Position numbers and translations under genes: made by a program. A stretch of DNA of 64,000 nucleotides from Chiloscyllium plagiosum. Lineage: Eukaryota. The stretch's first letter is position 1; every line of letters begins with the position of its first letter. The stretch is taken from positions 74,661,571 to 74,725,570 of the forward strand of contig NC_057711.1 of NCBI RefSeq assembly GCF_004010195.1, given 5' to 3'. Below the pieces are notes generated by a model. The model was not told the DNA's origin. It made no database searches and saw only the letters and a list, made by a program, of their open reading frames with translations. Positions 36,063 through 49,789 of the stretch are shown in pieces.

Positions 36063-37555
36063 GCAAGATAAGATTTTAGTACAAATTCAAAACAAAAATT
36101 ATTAGCCTCACAATAGAGAATTCTAAAAAGAGCTGGATCCATTTGACTTAATCAATGACAAAAAAAGAATTGGATCATCTATCCTTCCATCTCTGGGATC
36201 TGAACTCAAAACCAAATCAAACAAGAGGGATAAATCTCCCTGTTTTCAGTTAGACAGAAAACAATAAGGGAGACAGGTTTTTAATGAGTTGCACTGGTGT
36301 TGTACATGCAGGAAATACACAGGGAAGCTGCTGAAATGGGAGTGCAGCCCACTCCCTATTGGTCTGCATTTTAGCATCCAGAAAGAAAAATCTGCAAAAT
36401 ATAAAAATCAGACTCATCTTTACTACTTCAACATAGAACTCCAGTATAACCAGCATGTTCATTACAAAGTATTACTGTTTTTAAACTGGTTTTTCCCTCT
36501 GGACAGTCTGTACAATTCATGCGTTGAGCTGCAAGCACTGATATCGAAGTAAAAATTAACACTCCCATGACAGCCCTCGGGCAAAGAGTCTATAGCAGGA
36601 AATTGAATGTATGCCCCTCAAGATTTTCAATTGATCAATATTAATGGATGAAAAGTTCTGGATGAATTTCTAATATGCACTCTCAGCAAATGCAGCCCTG
36701 CACTAAAAACACTGAAGATGAAAATATAACCCCTTGACTTTTAATCTCAATAAAGCACAGACTGCCTGTAAAGAATGCTCCATAACACACACTGTCTACT
36801 GGATGGCTGGACTAATCATGTTGCGCTTTTTGATTTGTGTGCCATTTGGAAGGTAACTCTACATGTAGCAATTGTTACAGTGTTTTTATTTGTGCATTTA
36901 TAGAGTCATTTCAGTACAATGAGAATATCTTTGTATTAAATAAGAGACAGATAGGAACAGCCCTTGCTGCTTGAATTAAATTTGTTTCAAAAATGTCTTC
37001 AAACAAAATATTTCATAGTTTAGATGATGTAAGATAAAAAAATGTCAGCCAATGGACACCAGGCTATATGTACAGACATCTACATACCAACTTGTCAATG
37101 ATTTAAGGATAACTGCCTCAATTGAGTTAGTATCAGCATGAGTCAGTTCCAGAGCTTTACATCTGAAACTGGATAGTTATGATCAAGTTGCAATGTAGGC
37201 AATACATTGTCAATGATTAGCATGATCATCACACCTCTTAATTGTTAAGTGTAGGGTTTATTGTCAGACAATGCAGTTGTATAAGGTAATTGTTCTGAAG
37301 GGTCTAATGTCTATAATACATTGGGTTCACCCATTCTATTGCTATCTGTAGTGGAGACAAAGTGTTCTAATCCAGATTTGGAATGAGGTGATGCATGCAC
37401 CAGCTCCCTAAGCTACTGGTAATTATGCCTGACCAAAAATATTTGCATGATTTTTACAATGCAATATACTTTCTTCTCTTTGAAAAACAGCACCCCTTCT
37501 ATAGAAGCCAACATACCCAAGAGAAAGCCAAGACAAGGGAGGAATGGTGACAATG

Positions 37556-37800
37556 ATTTGAATTACTTTTATTGTCACATTTACTCGCTTGCATACAGTG
37601 AAAAGTTTACTAGTCACCACTTACAGATCTATCTTAGGTACATAGGTAGCCAGGCACAGATTCTTGAGTACAAATTCTCAGAAAAAACTAGATAAAATTA
37701 AGAAATAGAGTTCCCAGCATTACAGAATATCAAAAGTACAAAATCATTAAAATTAGAAAAATAAAGAAATAAATGGTTCAGAATAACAGTGCTTCCATCA
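37556..37800 (-). mobile_element. 3' part of a non-coding retroposon-like family (see 60678-61358)
   Basis: TTTATTGTCACAT...AAAGTTTAC...CTTAGGTAC..AGGTA shared with 42096- and 60700-. Confidence 0.5.
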
Positions 37801-37802
37801 TA

Positions 37803-38750
37803 ATGAGGAGGTTGAGGGGTGGGTTAGTACGTTTGCCGATGACACAAAGGTTGGAGGTGCCATTGATTGTATCGAGGGCTATAGCAGACTGCAGCACGAC
37901 ATTGACAGGATGCAGAGCTGGGCTGTGAAATGGCAGATGGAATTCAACCTGGATAAATGCGAAGTGATGCATTTTGGAAGGTCGAACTTGAATCCTGAAT
38001 ATAAGATTAAAGACAGGATTCTTGGCAGTGCAGAGGATCAGCGGGATCTTGGTGTTCAAATGCATAGATCCCTCAAAGTTGTCAGCCAAGTGGATAGGGT
38101 TGTTAAGAAAACATATAGTGTTTGGCTTTCATTAACAGGGGAATCGAATTTAAGAGCCAAGAGGTTTTGCTGTAGTCCTACAAAACCCAGGTGAGATCAC
38201 ATTTGGAATATTGTGTCCAGTTCTGGTCACTCTATTATAAGAAAGATGTAGACTCCATGGAGAGGGTGCAAAGGAGGTTTACCAGGATGCTATCTGGACT
38301 GGAGGGCTTGTCTTATGAAGAGAGCTTGACTGAGCTTGGACTTTTCTCTCTGGAGTGAAGGAGGAAGAGAGGTGACCTGATTGAGGTATACAAGGTAATA
38401 AGAAGCATGGATAGAGTCGATAGCTAGAGACTTTTCCCCAGGGCAGGATTGACTGCCATGAGGGGTCATTGTTTTAAGGTGTTGGAGGAAGGTATAGAGA
38501 AGACGTCAGAGGTAGGTTCTTTATGCAGAGATTTGTGAATGCATGGAATGTATTGCCAGCTGTAGTGGTGGAAGCAGCGTCATTAGGGACATTTAAGCAA
38601 CTGCTGGACATGCACACGGACAGCAGTGAATTGAGGGGAGCGTAGGTTAGGTTATTTTATTTTAGATTAGGACTAATCCTCGGAACAACATCGTGGGCCG
38701 AAGGGCCTCTACTGTGCTGTACCTTTCTATGTTCTACGCTCTATTTTCTC
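37803..38750 (+). mobile_element. 5'-truncated CR1 LINE
   Basis: TFADDTK, WAVKWQMEFNLDKCEVMHFG; 3' UTR ending TCTATGTTCTACGCTCTA. Confidence 0.9.
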
Positions 38751-39149
38751 TAAAAGAAGAAAAGTATTACATGGTTCCTAAATGTAACAATTCTCACTAG
38801 GTATAATGAGCAGACATCTGGGAAAATACCACATGGTTACAGCAGCGGTACCCACCAGAAGTAATTGACAAATTAATACAGTTTACGGGTATTAGAAGTT
38901 ACAATGTTTTTGAAGAATGCAACATAGTATTAAAGCAATGCATTCCGGTTTTTGTAAAAGAAAGGCTTCCTGACCATGAAAATGTGATACAGAGGCTGTC
39001 AAACTCTAAAATTATTCAATGTAAACAGCAATCAGGCAGGAATAAAAGCAAATGTAAGGCAATATTGAAGTGATACAAATATAATATGATGGTACAGTAA
39101 TAAAGTTAATAACACATTGAGAAGAAGTGGAAAAAGAGTGAATACCTTC

Positions 39150-40374
39150 TGTTAGAACCCTTGCTGAATTTTCATTATTTAAAAATTATTATTCTTTTAT
39201 CAATTTTGATTTGGAGTTGGGAAATGGGAATTGAGGACTGCAGACTTTTGGAGCAGCTAGTAGTAAAAGGGTAAAAAACAGACTAAACAAGCATTGTTTG
39301 TTTGTGAGGCCAGGCCTGAAAGCTAATTGCAGGCTGAGTCCTGATTAAAAAGGTTCTAACAGGCATGTGACCCTAGGAAGAGCACAGTGTTTCAACAGGT
39401 AGTAGAAGTTGGCGATTAACAAGGTCAGTACCTCGCAATTGATTCCAGCAAATCTGCAAGAGACCTCATTTTCAAGCAGATGTTGAGTGTCAATTAAGGC
39501 CTCAGGAAGGGTCAGTCAGTCTATCAGGGTAGAACCAGAATTGAAGTTTTTTTTAACTATATTTCTTGATGGTTTTTGGCTGCTGCCAAGACAGCATGAA
39601 GATTTGAAGGCTCTCTGCTTAATATGTTATATCAGCTTACAGAAGCCCAAAGAATAGAAGACTCATCGAGTTACAAGTATTGTTCCCTTTCCCTGAATAT
39701 ACTGAAAAATTGGTCCTGATCAATATTTCAGAAAGTCAGAAGTCACATGACATCAGGTTAGAGTCCACCAGGTTTATTTGAAATCACAAGCTTTCGGAGT
39801 GATGCTCCTTTGTCAGGTAAAGCAGCAGTGCTCCAAAGGCTTGTGATTTCAAATAAACCTATTGGATTAGAACCTGGCATCATGTGATTTCTGACTTTGT
39901 CCACCCCAATCCACACTGGCACCTCTACACCATGGCTATGTTATTTTAGGCAAAAATTAACCAATGAGTCCACATCTACACATGTGAAACAATGCATCAT
40001 GAAAACCTTTTAAGTAATCTGGCCAGATTTGTTATTTTCTATTAATTATCCCTTAATTGTATTTGTTTGTCTTTCTGTCTTTTGTATGAATGGGGACAGA
40101 AGACAAATGTTTCAGGTTCAAAGCATAGACATTCATCAGCTTAACATGTTGTGTAATCTTTCCTCTGTTAAAGTTATTGTGTGTATAATAAATAGTTAAG
40201 TCATTTGTTTGATGTACAGAACCAGTGCCTGGAATTAAGACTGGGATTGATTATTCAAAATGCTGGTTAGGAACCACTTGAGTAATTTTTGGGGACCTTC
40301 ACCAATTTACTGTGTTGCAAATACAGAGGCGGAAAGGCTACTTTAGTTTGGCTGTCTGCCTCAGTGTCATAACA
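39150..40374 (+). mobile_element. Probable 5' LTR of a Gypsy element
   Basis: Begins TGTTA and ends TAACA; AATAAA near 40187; followed directly by gag-like sequence. Confidence 0.5.
39732..39937. mobile_element. Short fold-back element of the 7285-8043 family, inserted in the LTR
   Basis: AAAGTCAGAAGTCACATGA...TTTATTTGAAATCACAAG / CTTGTGATTTCAAATAAA...TCATGTGATTTCTGACTTT. Confidence 0.8.
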
Positions 40375-40399
40375 CTTCTAGCAGCTTCAACTTTAGAGA

Positions 40400-40792
40400 A
40401 GGACCATACAGAATACAAGACCTGAGTTCATGAAGGCCTGTCAAACTAAACATTAAGGCCAAAGCTGAACAAGTTAGTCGACAATTATACTCAGTGGGTC
40501 AATTGTAGATGATGTTATTAACAAGTAAAACATAAAAGAGATTACAGACACTATTGAAGATATCCTGAAAGCTTTCAATAATTCCTTCAATTTAAAAAAC
40601 AAATAAAAAGTATTCAATGAGCAAAATTTTAAAAAGAATCCAGCATCCAGAAGAATGTGTAGTATTTTATTCATAGCCTCTAAGGATTAAGGGAAAATGT
40701 GTATATAAAGATTTGAAATCAGAATTCATAACAGATAGTACTGTTGAAATTCTCAATGAAGCTTTGCCAGATTTCCAAGAACAAACCATTGT
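40400..40792 (+). mobile_element. Decayed Gypsy gag
   Basis: LYSVG, EDILKAFN, KRIQHPEECV and KDLKSEFITDS motifs, parallel to the gag at 13860-14180. Confidence 0.6.
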
Positions 40793-42065
40793 TATAGAGT
40801 CAGAGAGGTCTATAGCACAGAAAAGGTCCTTTCAGCCAACTAAGTTGTGTCAGTCAAAAGCAACCACCAAGCTATTCTAACTCCATTTTCCACCACACTC
40901 TTGTATATATTGGCATTGCAAATGTACATCTAAATACTTCTTAAATATTATGGGAGTTTTCTGTGATTTAAAGCAGAAGCTAAACAGATAAAATAATCCA
41001 ATGAGATTGTTACATTGGCACAAGACAGCTGGTCAACCTTGTCTACATAAAACGTATCACAGGCTTTACAAGACTGGGGTGGGGCGGGTGGGAAGGTGGG
41101 GGAGGGTGCAGTTTTCAACCTTTCACTTTTTGCCTTCATCATCACAAATTCACATCTCAATACTTCTTAAATGTTATGAGGGTTTTTGACTCTACCATTG
41201 TTATAAGCAGTGAGTTTCAGATTCCCATGACCCCCTGTACTTAAACTTCACATGCCTTATCATAAATCCATCCGAGTCATTGATCCAGATATCAAGGGGA
41301 TATGTGTCTTCCTATCTAAACTATCCCACTTCTCCACGGAAATCAAACCCAGTATATCCAATCACTTCTCATAACTAAAACTTGCCAGACCAGGAAACAT
41401 CCAGTTAAATCTTCTTTACATCCTCTTCTCTGCAATCACATTCATCAAATAATGTGTATTTGAAAAATGCACAAAATACTGAGACAACAACCTAATCAAC
41501 TTTTTGTACAATTCCAGCATAAGCTGTCTGATCTTAAAGTCTATGGCTCAGCTAAAAAAAAACAGTATCGCAGATACCTTCTTAACCACTTTATTTACCT
41601 CTTCTACCACGTGAAGGGATGGTGGACATTTACACTAAAGTCCCTCTAATCCTTGGTGCTTTCCAGGGTCCTACTATTCACCTTGTACTCCCCTGTCTTG
41701 TTAGTCGTCCCAAGTGCATCATCTCATACTTATCCAGATTGAAATCTATTTGCCACTGGTCAGAAGAACCTTTTTGAACAGACCATTTACATTCACCTGG
41801 AATCTAAGGCTATCCTCCTCAGTTCTTACCACATGATCAACATTTGTACATCCGTGAACTTAGTGATCAACAATCCTACATTCAAGTCCAAATCATTTTT
41901 ACATACCACAAACCACAATGGCCCTAATACCAATCCCTTTGGAAACCCATTGGACAAAGTGCTTTCAGTCACAAAAATATTCCTCAACTATCACTCTCTG
42001 CTTTCGGTCCCTCAGCCAATCCTGCATCCAATTAGCCAAGTTTCCTTGAATCCCATGGACTGTTG
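40793..42065 (-). mobile_element. Decayed CR1 LINE
   Basis: ORF 41965..42168(-) HGIQGNLANWMQDWLRDRKQRVIV; 3' UTR at 40793. Confidence 0.8.
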
Positions 42066-42095
42066 TGAAATCAGTTAAGGAATAATCAGTAGAAG

Positions 42096-42830
42096 AATTA
42101 GAATTAGAATTAGGTTTATATTCATTTGCACTCAAGTTACAAAAGAACAGGAGGACAGTAAAAAGCATACAATGTCTCCAACATATGCCACCATCTTAGA
42201 TACAAAGTACCTCAGTACAAATCTTAGGTCCAAAAATTAGAGAAAGTAAAGAAAAAAGTTACATCACATTAGAAATATACATAATAGCAGTATGTTAGGA
42301 AATAAGAAATAGTACTAAAAAGATAGAGAATACAGACATAGAATCCCTACAGTATGGAAACAGGCCCAACATGTCCACACCAACCATCTGAAGGGTATCA
42401 CACCCAGACCCATTCCCCCATCCTATTACTCTACACTTACCCCTAACTAATGCACCTCACCTACACATCCATGAACACCGGGCAAGTTAGCATGGCCAAT
42501 TCACTTAACCTGCACACCTTTGCCTTGTGGCAGGAAACAGAGCACCCAGAGGAAACCCATGCAGACATGGGAAGAATGTGCAAACTCCACCCAGACAGTT
42601 GCCGAAGTCAGGTATCAAACCCAGGTCCGTGACACTGTGAGGCAACAGTGCTAACCCGTGAGCCACCATGCTGCCCTAAATCTTTGCGAAAGGACTTTCA
42701 CATGGTCTGACTGGGCTCTATTGGTTCCCAACCAGTAGCCATCTTCGCTCTGGCCATGCTGTCTCAAGCAACCCTGCTCCAAGAAGGGTGGAAGGAGAAA
42801 ATAAACACAAGACAGGGGAAAAAGACTTCA
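42096..42830 (-). mobile_element. Non-coding retroposon-like element containing an HE1 SINE
   Basis: AATTAG repeats then GGTTTATATTCAT...TACAATGT...TACAAAGTACCT, similar to 60698-60830. Confidence 0.5.
42338..42677 (-). mobile_element. HE1-type SINE
   Basis: Complete tail-to-head match ending GAGCCACCATGCTGCCC. Confidence 0.9.
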
Positions 42831-45551
42831 TGAAGTTTCCTGTGATTTATAGCATAAACCAAACTGTCAAAACAATCCAATGAGACCATTATATTGGCCT
42901 AAGAGAACTGGTTAACCTTGTTGACATAAAGCACATCACAGGTTTCACGAGACTGGAGGAAATTTCCAATCCTTTGTCTTCTAAAGCAGGGCAGCTTTAG
43001 AGATCACAGTAAGTGAGGAAAAATCTTTTAGTCACATGACTGAGAGTGGGAAACATTTACCTACACAGTTCACCAATCGCAATAGACAACTGAAAACAAC
43101 CAGCCTGATCAATGTCTGAAGGGAGATAAATGGTATATGACTTCATGGGAGCCAAACCAATGATACAGGATCCAGGACCCAGTTAAAATCAAGAAACTGC
43201 CTAGTCTTAGCACCCAGAAGACTGAGGAAAAAAGTGACCATCTCTTCCAATTACAAGGAAGAATGGCTATTGTAGGATTTGTAATCTCTTTTATGTTACA
43301 TTTATTATTAACGTTATCCACCATTGACCTACTGAATGTGGCGAGTGGGGAATGGCTTCATGCCGAACATTGCATTAAGAGAGAGTCTGAGTGTGATTAA
43401 AAAAAACCCAAGTGTGACATCACAGGAAATCTGCAGGATCATTAGTTAGTGAGAAATTGCTGCTAGCAAGAAAATTTAAATTGCTTAACAGCTCAAAAAA
43501 ATCACTTCTAAAGGAGAGGCAGCTTTTTGGATTTCAGGAAGGAAGAGGAGCAAAAGGGGAGGTAAAATTAAATCTAGTCAAAGAAAAATAAAATAATAGT
43601 GTAAGTCTGAAGGAAAATAAAATTAACATGAGTGAAGTTGTTATTATTGAGTTTTAATTGCAAGTTGATATTTATTCTCAGGGTCAGATGTCTGAGGAAT
43701 TGAGACCAGTTCTGGGGCAGATGGGATCTGTACAAGCTGGACAGTTCCATCTTAACAGAGCTGGGAGTGATAACCTCACAGGGAGATTTGTTTGTGCTGT
43801 TGGGATCGCTTTAAAAGAGCTTGTCAGGAAGATGGGAAGCTGAGGGGTAACTCAAACTGGAAAGGATTTAAACTGTTAACAGGAAGTAGAGAAGCTGTAG
43901 GGAGACGAGAAGGCAGGAGAAACAAACGTCTCTAATGTGGAAAGATGTCTGAAAGACAAAGCTAACTGCACATTCCCTGAATGTATGTAACATTCACAAT
44001 AAAATAGATGACCTAAAGGCATAATTAAAGGTAAGTGGTCATAATATAATTGCTATTGCAAAAACATGCTGCATGCAAACTGGGCTGGGAACTGCATATT
44101 CAAGCTTATTGACAATTAAGGAGCACAGCCAAGAAAGGAAAGGCGGTGGAGTTATGCTAATAGTGCACAACTTACATTTATAAGGGAGAATCTCAAATTG
44201 TGAGAACAATGGGTAGAATCTGTTTGGGTAGAACAAAAAACAGCAAAGGGTAATAGGCATTAGTTGAAGCTGCTTATAGACCACCAAAAAGTAGTGGTTG
44301 TCTGGGGTGTGGTATAAATCAAGAGATCAGAGTGGCTTGCAATATGTCCAACACAGTAATCATGAACGTCTTCAATCTGGATATAGATTACATAACCAAC
44401 TGAGCACTAAAGATGAAGAAGGTAAGCTTCTGGAATATCTTAAAGATGGTTTTTGAGATCAGCATATTGAAGAGCTAACTTAAAGATAGGGTATTTTGGG
44501 TCAGTATTCTTTTGAGAAAAGGGTTAAGTAATAATCTTGTAAAAGATCCTTAAGGGATGCATGACCACAATGTACATCACAGTTAGTGATCAGAGACAAC
44601 AGGGTGTGACTGCAAGTGAGGCAGGTAAGGGATCCTGAGTTCAGAAGTGGAGCAACCTCAGCATTTGACTTATGCAACAGGCATGCAATGTTTGCTCCCT
44701 GTGTGGATGAGGAAAAGGGCTGTGGGGAGGATGAACCAGCTGACTACGGCACCATGGTACAGAAGACATTCAAGAGGGAGGAGCAAAAAGACAATTGGTA
44801 GTTATATGGGATTCTGTAATTAGGGGGACAGGTAGTGAGCCAGATCAGAAGTACCACATAGTGTGTTGCCTGCTCAGTGCCAGGGTGCAGAACATCTCCG
44901 ATCAGCTTGAAAGGATATTGGAGGGGGAGGGAGAAGATCCAGTTATTGTGGTCCATGTTGGGACAAACATCATAGGCAAGGCTAGGAAGGAGGACCTGTT
45001 GGGGTTATCCAGCACTAGGAACAAAATTAAAGAACGGGCCCTCGTGGGTCATAATCTCTGGATTACTGCCCGAGCCACGTGCTAATTGGCATAGGATAAG
45101 AAAATTAAGGAAGTAAATATGTGGCTAAGGGAGTGGTATGGGAAAGACGGGTTCCATTTCATGGGGCATTGGCATCAGTTTTAGAACCAGCGGGTGGGGC
45201 TCTGTACCAATGGGACAGTCTCCACTTAAACCAATCCAGAACCAGTGTTCTAGCAAAAAGGATAAATAGGATGGTCACTAGGACTTTAAACCAGTGGGTC
45301 AGGGGGAAGGGAAAGGGAAAGCAACAGGAAGTATGGTCATAAATGAAAAGGTGAGCAGCAGGTTAGCATGTGCTGGAGGGTTTAAGTTTATGGTAGACTA
45401 TGAAAGAAGTGAAAGAAAGAAAGATAAAACAGGAGATATTATTGGAGATGTTGGAGAACATGTGGGTAAGAAATTAGTGTAAAGGCACTTTACCTGAATG
45501 CTTGTAGCATTCATAAGAAGGTTGATGAATTAATGGCACAAATTATCGCGA

Positions 45552-45686
45552 ATAGAGTCATAGATATGTACAGCGTGGAAACAAACCCTTCAGTCCAACC
45601 CGTCCATGCCAACCAGATATCCCAACCCAATCTAGTCTCACCTGCCAGCACCCAGCCCATATGCCTTCAAACCCTTCCTATTCATA
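45552..45686 (-). mobile_element. CR1 3' UTR fragment of the 4153-5880 subfamily, inserted antisense into the endonuclease
   Basis: Reverse complement of about 5747-5880. Confidence 0.9.
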
Positions 45687-45947
45687 TAGTCATTACGGAG
45701 ACATGGTTACAGATGGTCACAACTGGGAGTTAAATATCCAGGGGTACCAGACTGTTTGGAAGGACAGACAGAAATGTAAGGGAGGTCCCAATCTAGTCTC
45801 ACCTGCCAGCACCCAGCCCATATGCCTCCAAACCCTTCCTATTCATATAGTCATTACGGAGACATGGTAACAGATGGTCACAACTGGGAGTTAAATATCC
45901 AGGGGTACCAGACTGTTTGGAAGGACAGACAGAAATGTAAGGGAGGT
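45626..45947. repeat. 161 bp tandem duplication with 2 mismatches
   Basis: 45626-45786 versus 45787-45947. Confidence 0.95.
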
Positions 45948-48900
45948 GGTGTAGCTCTGATATTCAAAGACGATATCAGGGCAGTGCTGAGAGATGATAT
46001 AGGTTTTATGGAGATTAAGGTTGAATCCACTTGGGTGGAAATTAGAAATTCTAAGAAAAAAAGATCTCTAATAAACATAGTCTACAGGCCACCAAATAAT
46101 AACATCACATTAGGCCAGGCAATAAACAAAGAAGTAACTAATGCCTATAAAAATGGTATGGCAATTATCATGGGGCATTTTAGTCTACATGTTGATTGGT
46201 CGAACCTGTTCGGTCAGGATAGCCTTGAGAAGGAGTCTGTTGAGCATATCCATGACAGTTTTCTTGAACAGTATTTAATGGAACCAACAAGGGAGCAAGC
46301 TATCCTAGATCTGGTCATTTGTAATGAGACAGGAATAATTAATGATGCCATAGTCAGGGATCCTCTTGGAAGGAGTCATCACAGTATGGTTGAATTTAGA
46401 ATACAGATGGAGAATGTGAAGATAAAATCCAGTACCAGGCTCCTATGCTTAAACAAGGGAGACTACAATAGAATGTGACAGGACTTGGCTAAACTAGACT
46501 GGAAACAAGATTTTATCGTGGGACAAATGATGAGCATTGGAGGACTTTCAAAACAATTTTTCAAAGTGCTCAGCAAAAGTATATTCCAGTGAAAAGGAAG
46601 GACTGTAAGAGGAGGGGTAATCTGCCATGGGTGTCAAAGGAAATAAGGCAGGCTATCAAAGTGAAAGAGAAGGCATACGAAGTGACCAAAAACAGCATGA
46701 AACTCAAAGAAAACTTGAAAGGTCAACAGAAAGCCACAAAAAGAGCTATAAGAAAAGTAAGATAGAACATGAGAAAAAACTAGCACAGTATAAAAAGACA
46801 TAACAAAAGTTTGTATAAGTATATAAAATGAAAAAGAGTGGCTAAAGTAAACATTGATCCTTTAGAGGTTGAGAAGGGGCATTTAGTTATGAAATATGGT
46901 GAAATGGCCGAGGCATTGAAAAGGTATTTTGTATCTGTCTTCATGGTGGAGAACACTAATAACATGCCAGTAATTGACAAAGCGACAAAGGTAGTTGAGA
47001 ACTTGGAAACAATCATTATTACGGAAGAGGTAGTGTTGGGCAAGCTAATGGAGCTAAGGATGGACAAGTCTCTTGGTCCTGATGCAATGCATCCCAGAAT
47101 ACTAAAGGAGATAGCAGGAGAAATAGCCAGTGCACTGATGGTAATTTTTCAAAATTCACTGGACTCTGAGGCAGTCTCAGCATATTGGAAAACAGCAAAT
47201 GTGACACCACTGTTTAAAAAGGGGGGTAGACAAAAGATGGGGAATTATAGACTTGTTAGCTTAACCTCTGTAGTGGGGAAGATGCTTGAGTCTATTATCA
47301 AGGAAGAAATAGTAAAACATCTCAATAGAAATTGTCCCGTTGGGCAGACAAAGCTTGGGTTCATGAAGGGCAGGTCATGCTTAACAACTATTTTGGAATT
47401 CTATGCAGACATTATGAGTAAGGTGTACAATGGGGACCCAGTGGATGTGATGTACCTAGATTTCCAAAAATCCTTTGTCAAGGTGCCTCACAAGAGGTTA
47501 CTGCATAAGATAAGGATGCATGGCATTACAGGTAAAGTATTAGCATGGATAGACAATTGGTTGACTAACAAGAAGCAAAGAGTGGGGATAAATGAGTGCT
47601 ATTCTGGCTGGCAATCAGTGACTAGTGGTGTGCCTCAGGGATTAGTTTTAGGAACGCAATTATTCACAATTTATATAGATGATTTGGAGTTGTGTCAAAG
47701 TTTGCAGGTGACACTAAGATGAGTGGCAGAGCAAAGTGTGCAGAGGACTGTGAAACTTTGCAGAGGAATATAGATACTTTGTGTGAGTGGGCAAAGGTCT
47801 GGCAGATGGAATACAATGTTAATAAATGTGAAGGTAGGAATAACGTAAAACAAATTATTACTTGAATAGTAAAAAGTTGCAGCACGCTGCTATGCAGAGA
47901 GACCTGGGTGTCCTTGTGCATGAATCACAGAGGGTTGGTTTGCAGATACAACAAGTAATTAGAAAGGCAAATGGAATTTTGTCCTTCATTGCTAAAGGGA
48001 TTGAGTTTAAAAGCAGGGATGTTATGTTGCAACTGTATAGGGTGCTGGTGAGGCCACACCTGGAGTACTGTGTGCAGTTTTGGTCTCCTTAATTGAGATA
48101 GGATGCACTGGCACAGGAGGGGGTTCAGAGGAGGTTCACTGGGTTGATTCCAGAGTTGAGGGGGTTGGCTTGTGAACAGAGGCTGAATAGACTGGGATTA
48201 TATTTGTTGGAATTCAGAAGAATGAGTGGGGGATCTTATAGAAACACACAAAATTATGAAGAGAATAGATAATATAGAAGTAGAGAGGATGTTTCCACTG
48301 GCAGGTGAAACTAGGACAATAGGTCATAACCTCAAGATTAGAGGGAGCAGATTTCAGGCTAAATTGAGAAGGAACTTCTTTACCCAGAGCGTTGTAATTC
48401 CATGGAATTCCTTGTCCAGTGAAGTAGTTGATGCACTTCAGTAAACATTTTAAAAACTAAGATAGATATTTTTTGAACAATAAAGGAATTAAGGGACAGA
48501 GTGAGAGCATGGGTAAGTGGATCTGAGTCCACATAAAGATCAGCCATCATCTTACTGAATGGCAGAGCAGGCTTGAAGGGCCAGAAGGCCTACTCCTGCT
48601 CCTAGTTCTCATGTTCATGTGTAAATTATGAAAGCATGAGAAACAAGTTAACTAAACTGATTGCAAAAAAATATATTAAAAGATGTGATTGTACATAGGC
48701 AAAGGATAGTCTTTAAAGAACTAACATATGGCTTACGGCAACTTTATATTCCTTGCACAAACTCAAAGAAGTTCAGAAGCTGAGGATTATAAGATTAAAA
48801 GAAAAAGCTTATAAGGTTAAATCTGAGGATTGGGAAGTTTACAAAGTTCAGTAAATAAGGATCAAAACACTGATAAGCAAAGGAAGAACATAATATCAAT

Positions 48901-49089
48901 GCAATCTTACAAAAAAAACAAAATGGACTTTAAAAGCTCCTACAGGTATGTAAAAAAAAAAGTTGACATAAGGACACTCCTTCTCGACCTCTCCCCTTGT
49001 CTGAGGGATGGTAAACCACTACCAGTAGTCCCTCTCTAATGAGAGAGCAGCCTTAGAGTCTGGTAGGACTTTGGCAACTTTACCTTTTT

Positions 49090-49325
49090 AATTAGAAGTA
49101 GATGAGGCAAGTTTTTTATAAGAGGGTAATAGGTGGCTGGAGCGCGCTGCCAGGGGATGTGGTAGAAGCAGCTATAATAGCAAAATTTAAGAAGAATTTA
49201 GACAGACACACTAGCAGGCAGGGAATAGAGGGACACAGATTATGCGTAGGCAGATAGAATGACATCATTGTCGACACAGACATGGTGGGCCGAAGAGCCT
49301 TTTCCTGTGTTGTATTGTTCTATGC
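49090..49325 (+). mobile_element. CR1 3' end fragment
   Basis: GGAGCGCGCTGCCAGGGG...GGGCCGAAGAGCC..TTGTTCTATG. Confidence 0.75.
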
Positions 49326-49789
49326 TATAAGAAAAATGTGAGCCTATTGAAAGCAGAGTAAGCAGAGTTTATAATGGAGAATAGAGAAATGATAAAGAAG
49401 TTAAATGTCTGCTCTGTGTCTGTTTTCACTGTGGAAGATACAACAAATTTCCTAGAATTAGAGATCCAAGTGACTCTGAGGAATGAAGACTGAAGGGGAA
49501 TTAATAACATAAGAGGGCTGTACTGGATAGATTAATGGAGCTGATAGTTGCTAGATTTGCAGGACCTGATGGTCTATATTGCAGAATGTTGCACGAGGTG
49601 TTGTAGAAATAGTGGATGCATTGGTAAATATCTTCCAGATTTCAATAGATTCTGGAATGATTCTGGCAAAATTGAAACTTGGAAATGTCACCTCATTATT
49701 ATTTTTTTAAATAAGCCAAGAGTAAAAACAGGGAACTGCAATCTGTCAACCATATATTAGTAGTATGGAAATGTTATAATCTATCATAA

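Larger units (their letters stand above)
44590..48618 (+). mobile_element. Long CR1 LINE: ORF1 SGNH-esterase part, ORF2 endonuclease and RT, 3' UTR (inactivated)
   Basis: VVIWDSVIRG..IVVHVGTN (esterase), ITETW, GGGVAL, VYRPP, ILDLV, LGRSHH, YRLVSLTSVVGK, SGVPQG, LVRPHLEYCVQFWSP; stops and frameshifts present. Confidence 0.95.

Noticed and set aside
46838..47722. 294 aa RT ORF as an active or novel reverse-transcriptase system
   Set aside because: Ordinary CR1 ORF2 fragment with flanking stops and frameshifts and a disrupted FADD motif
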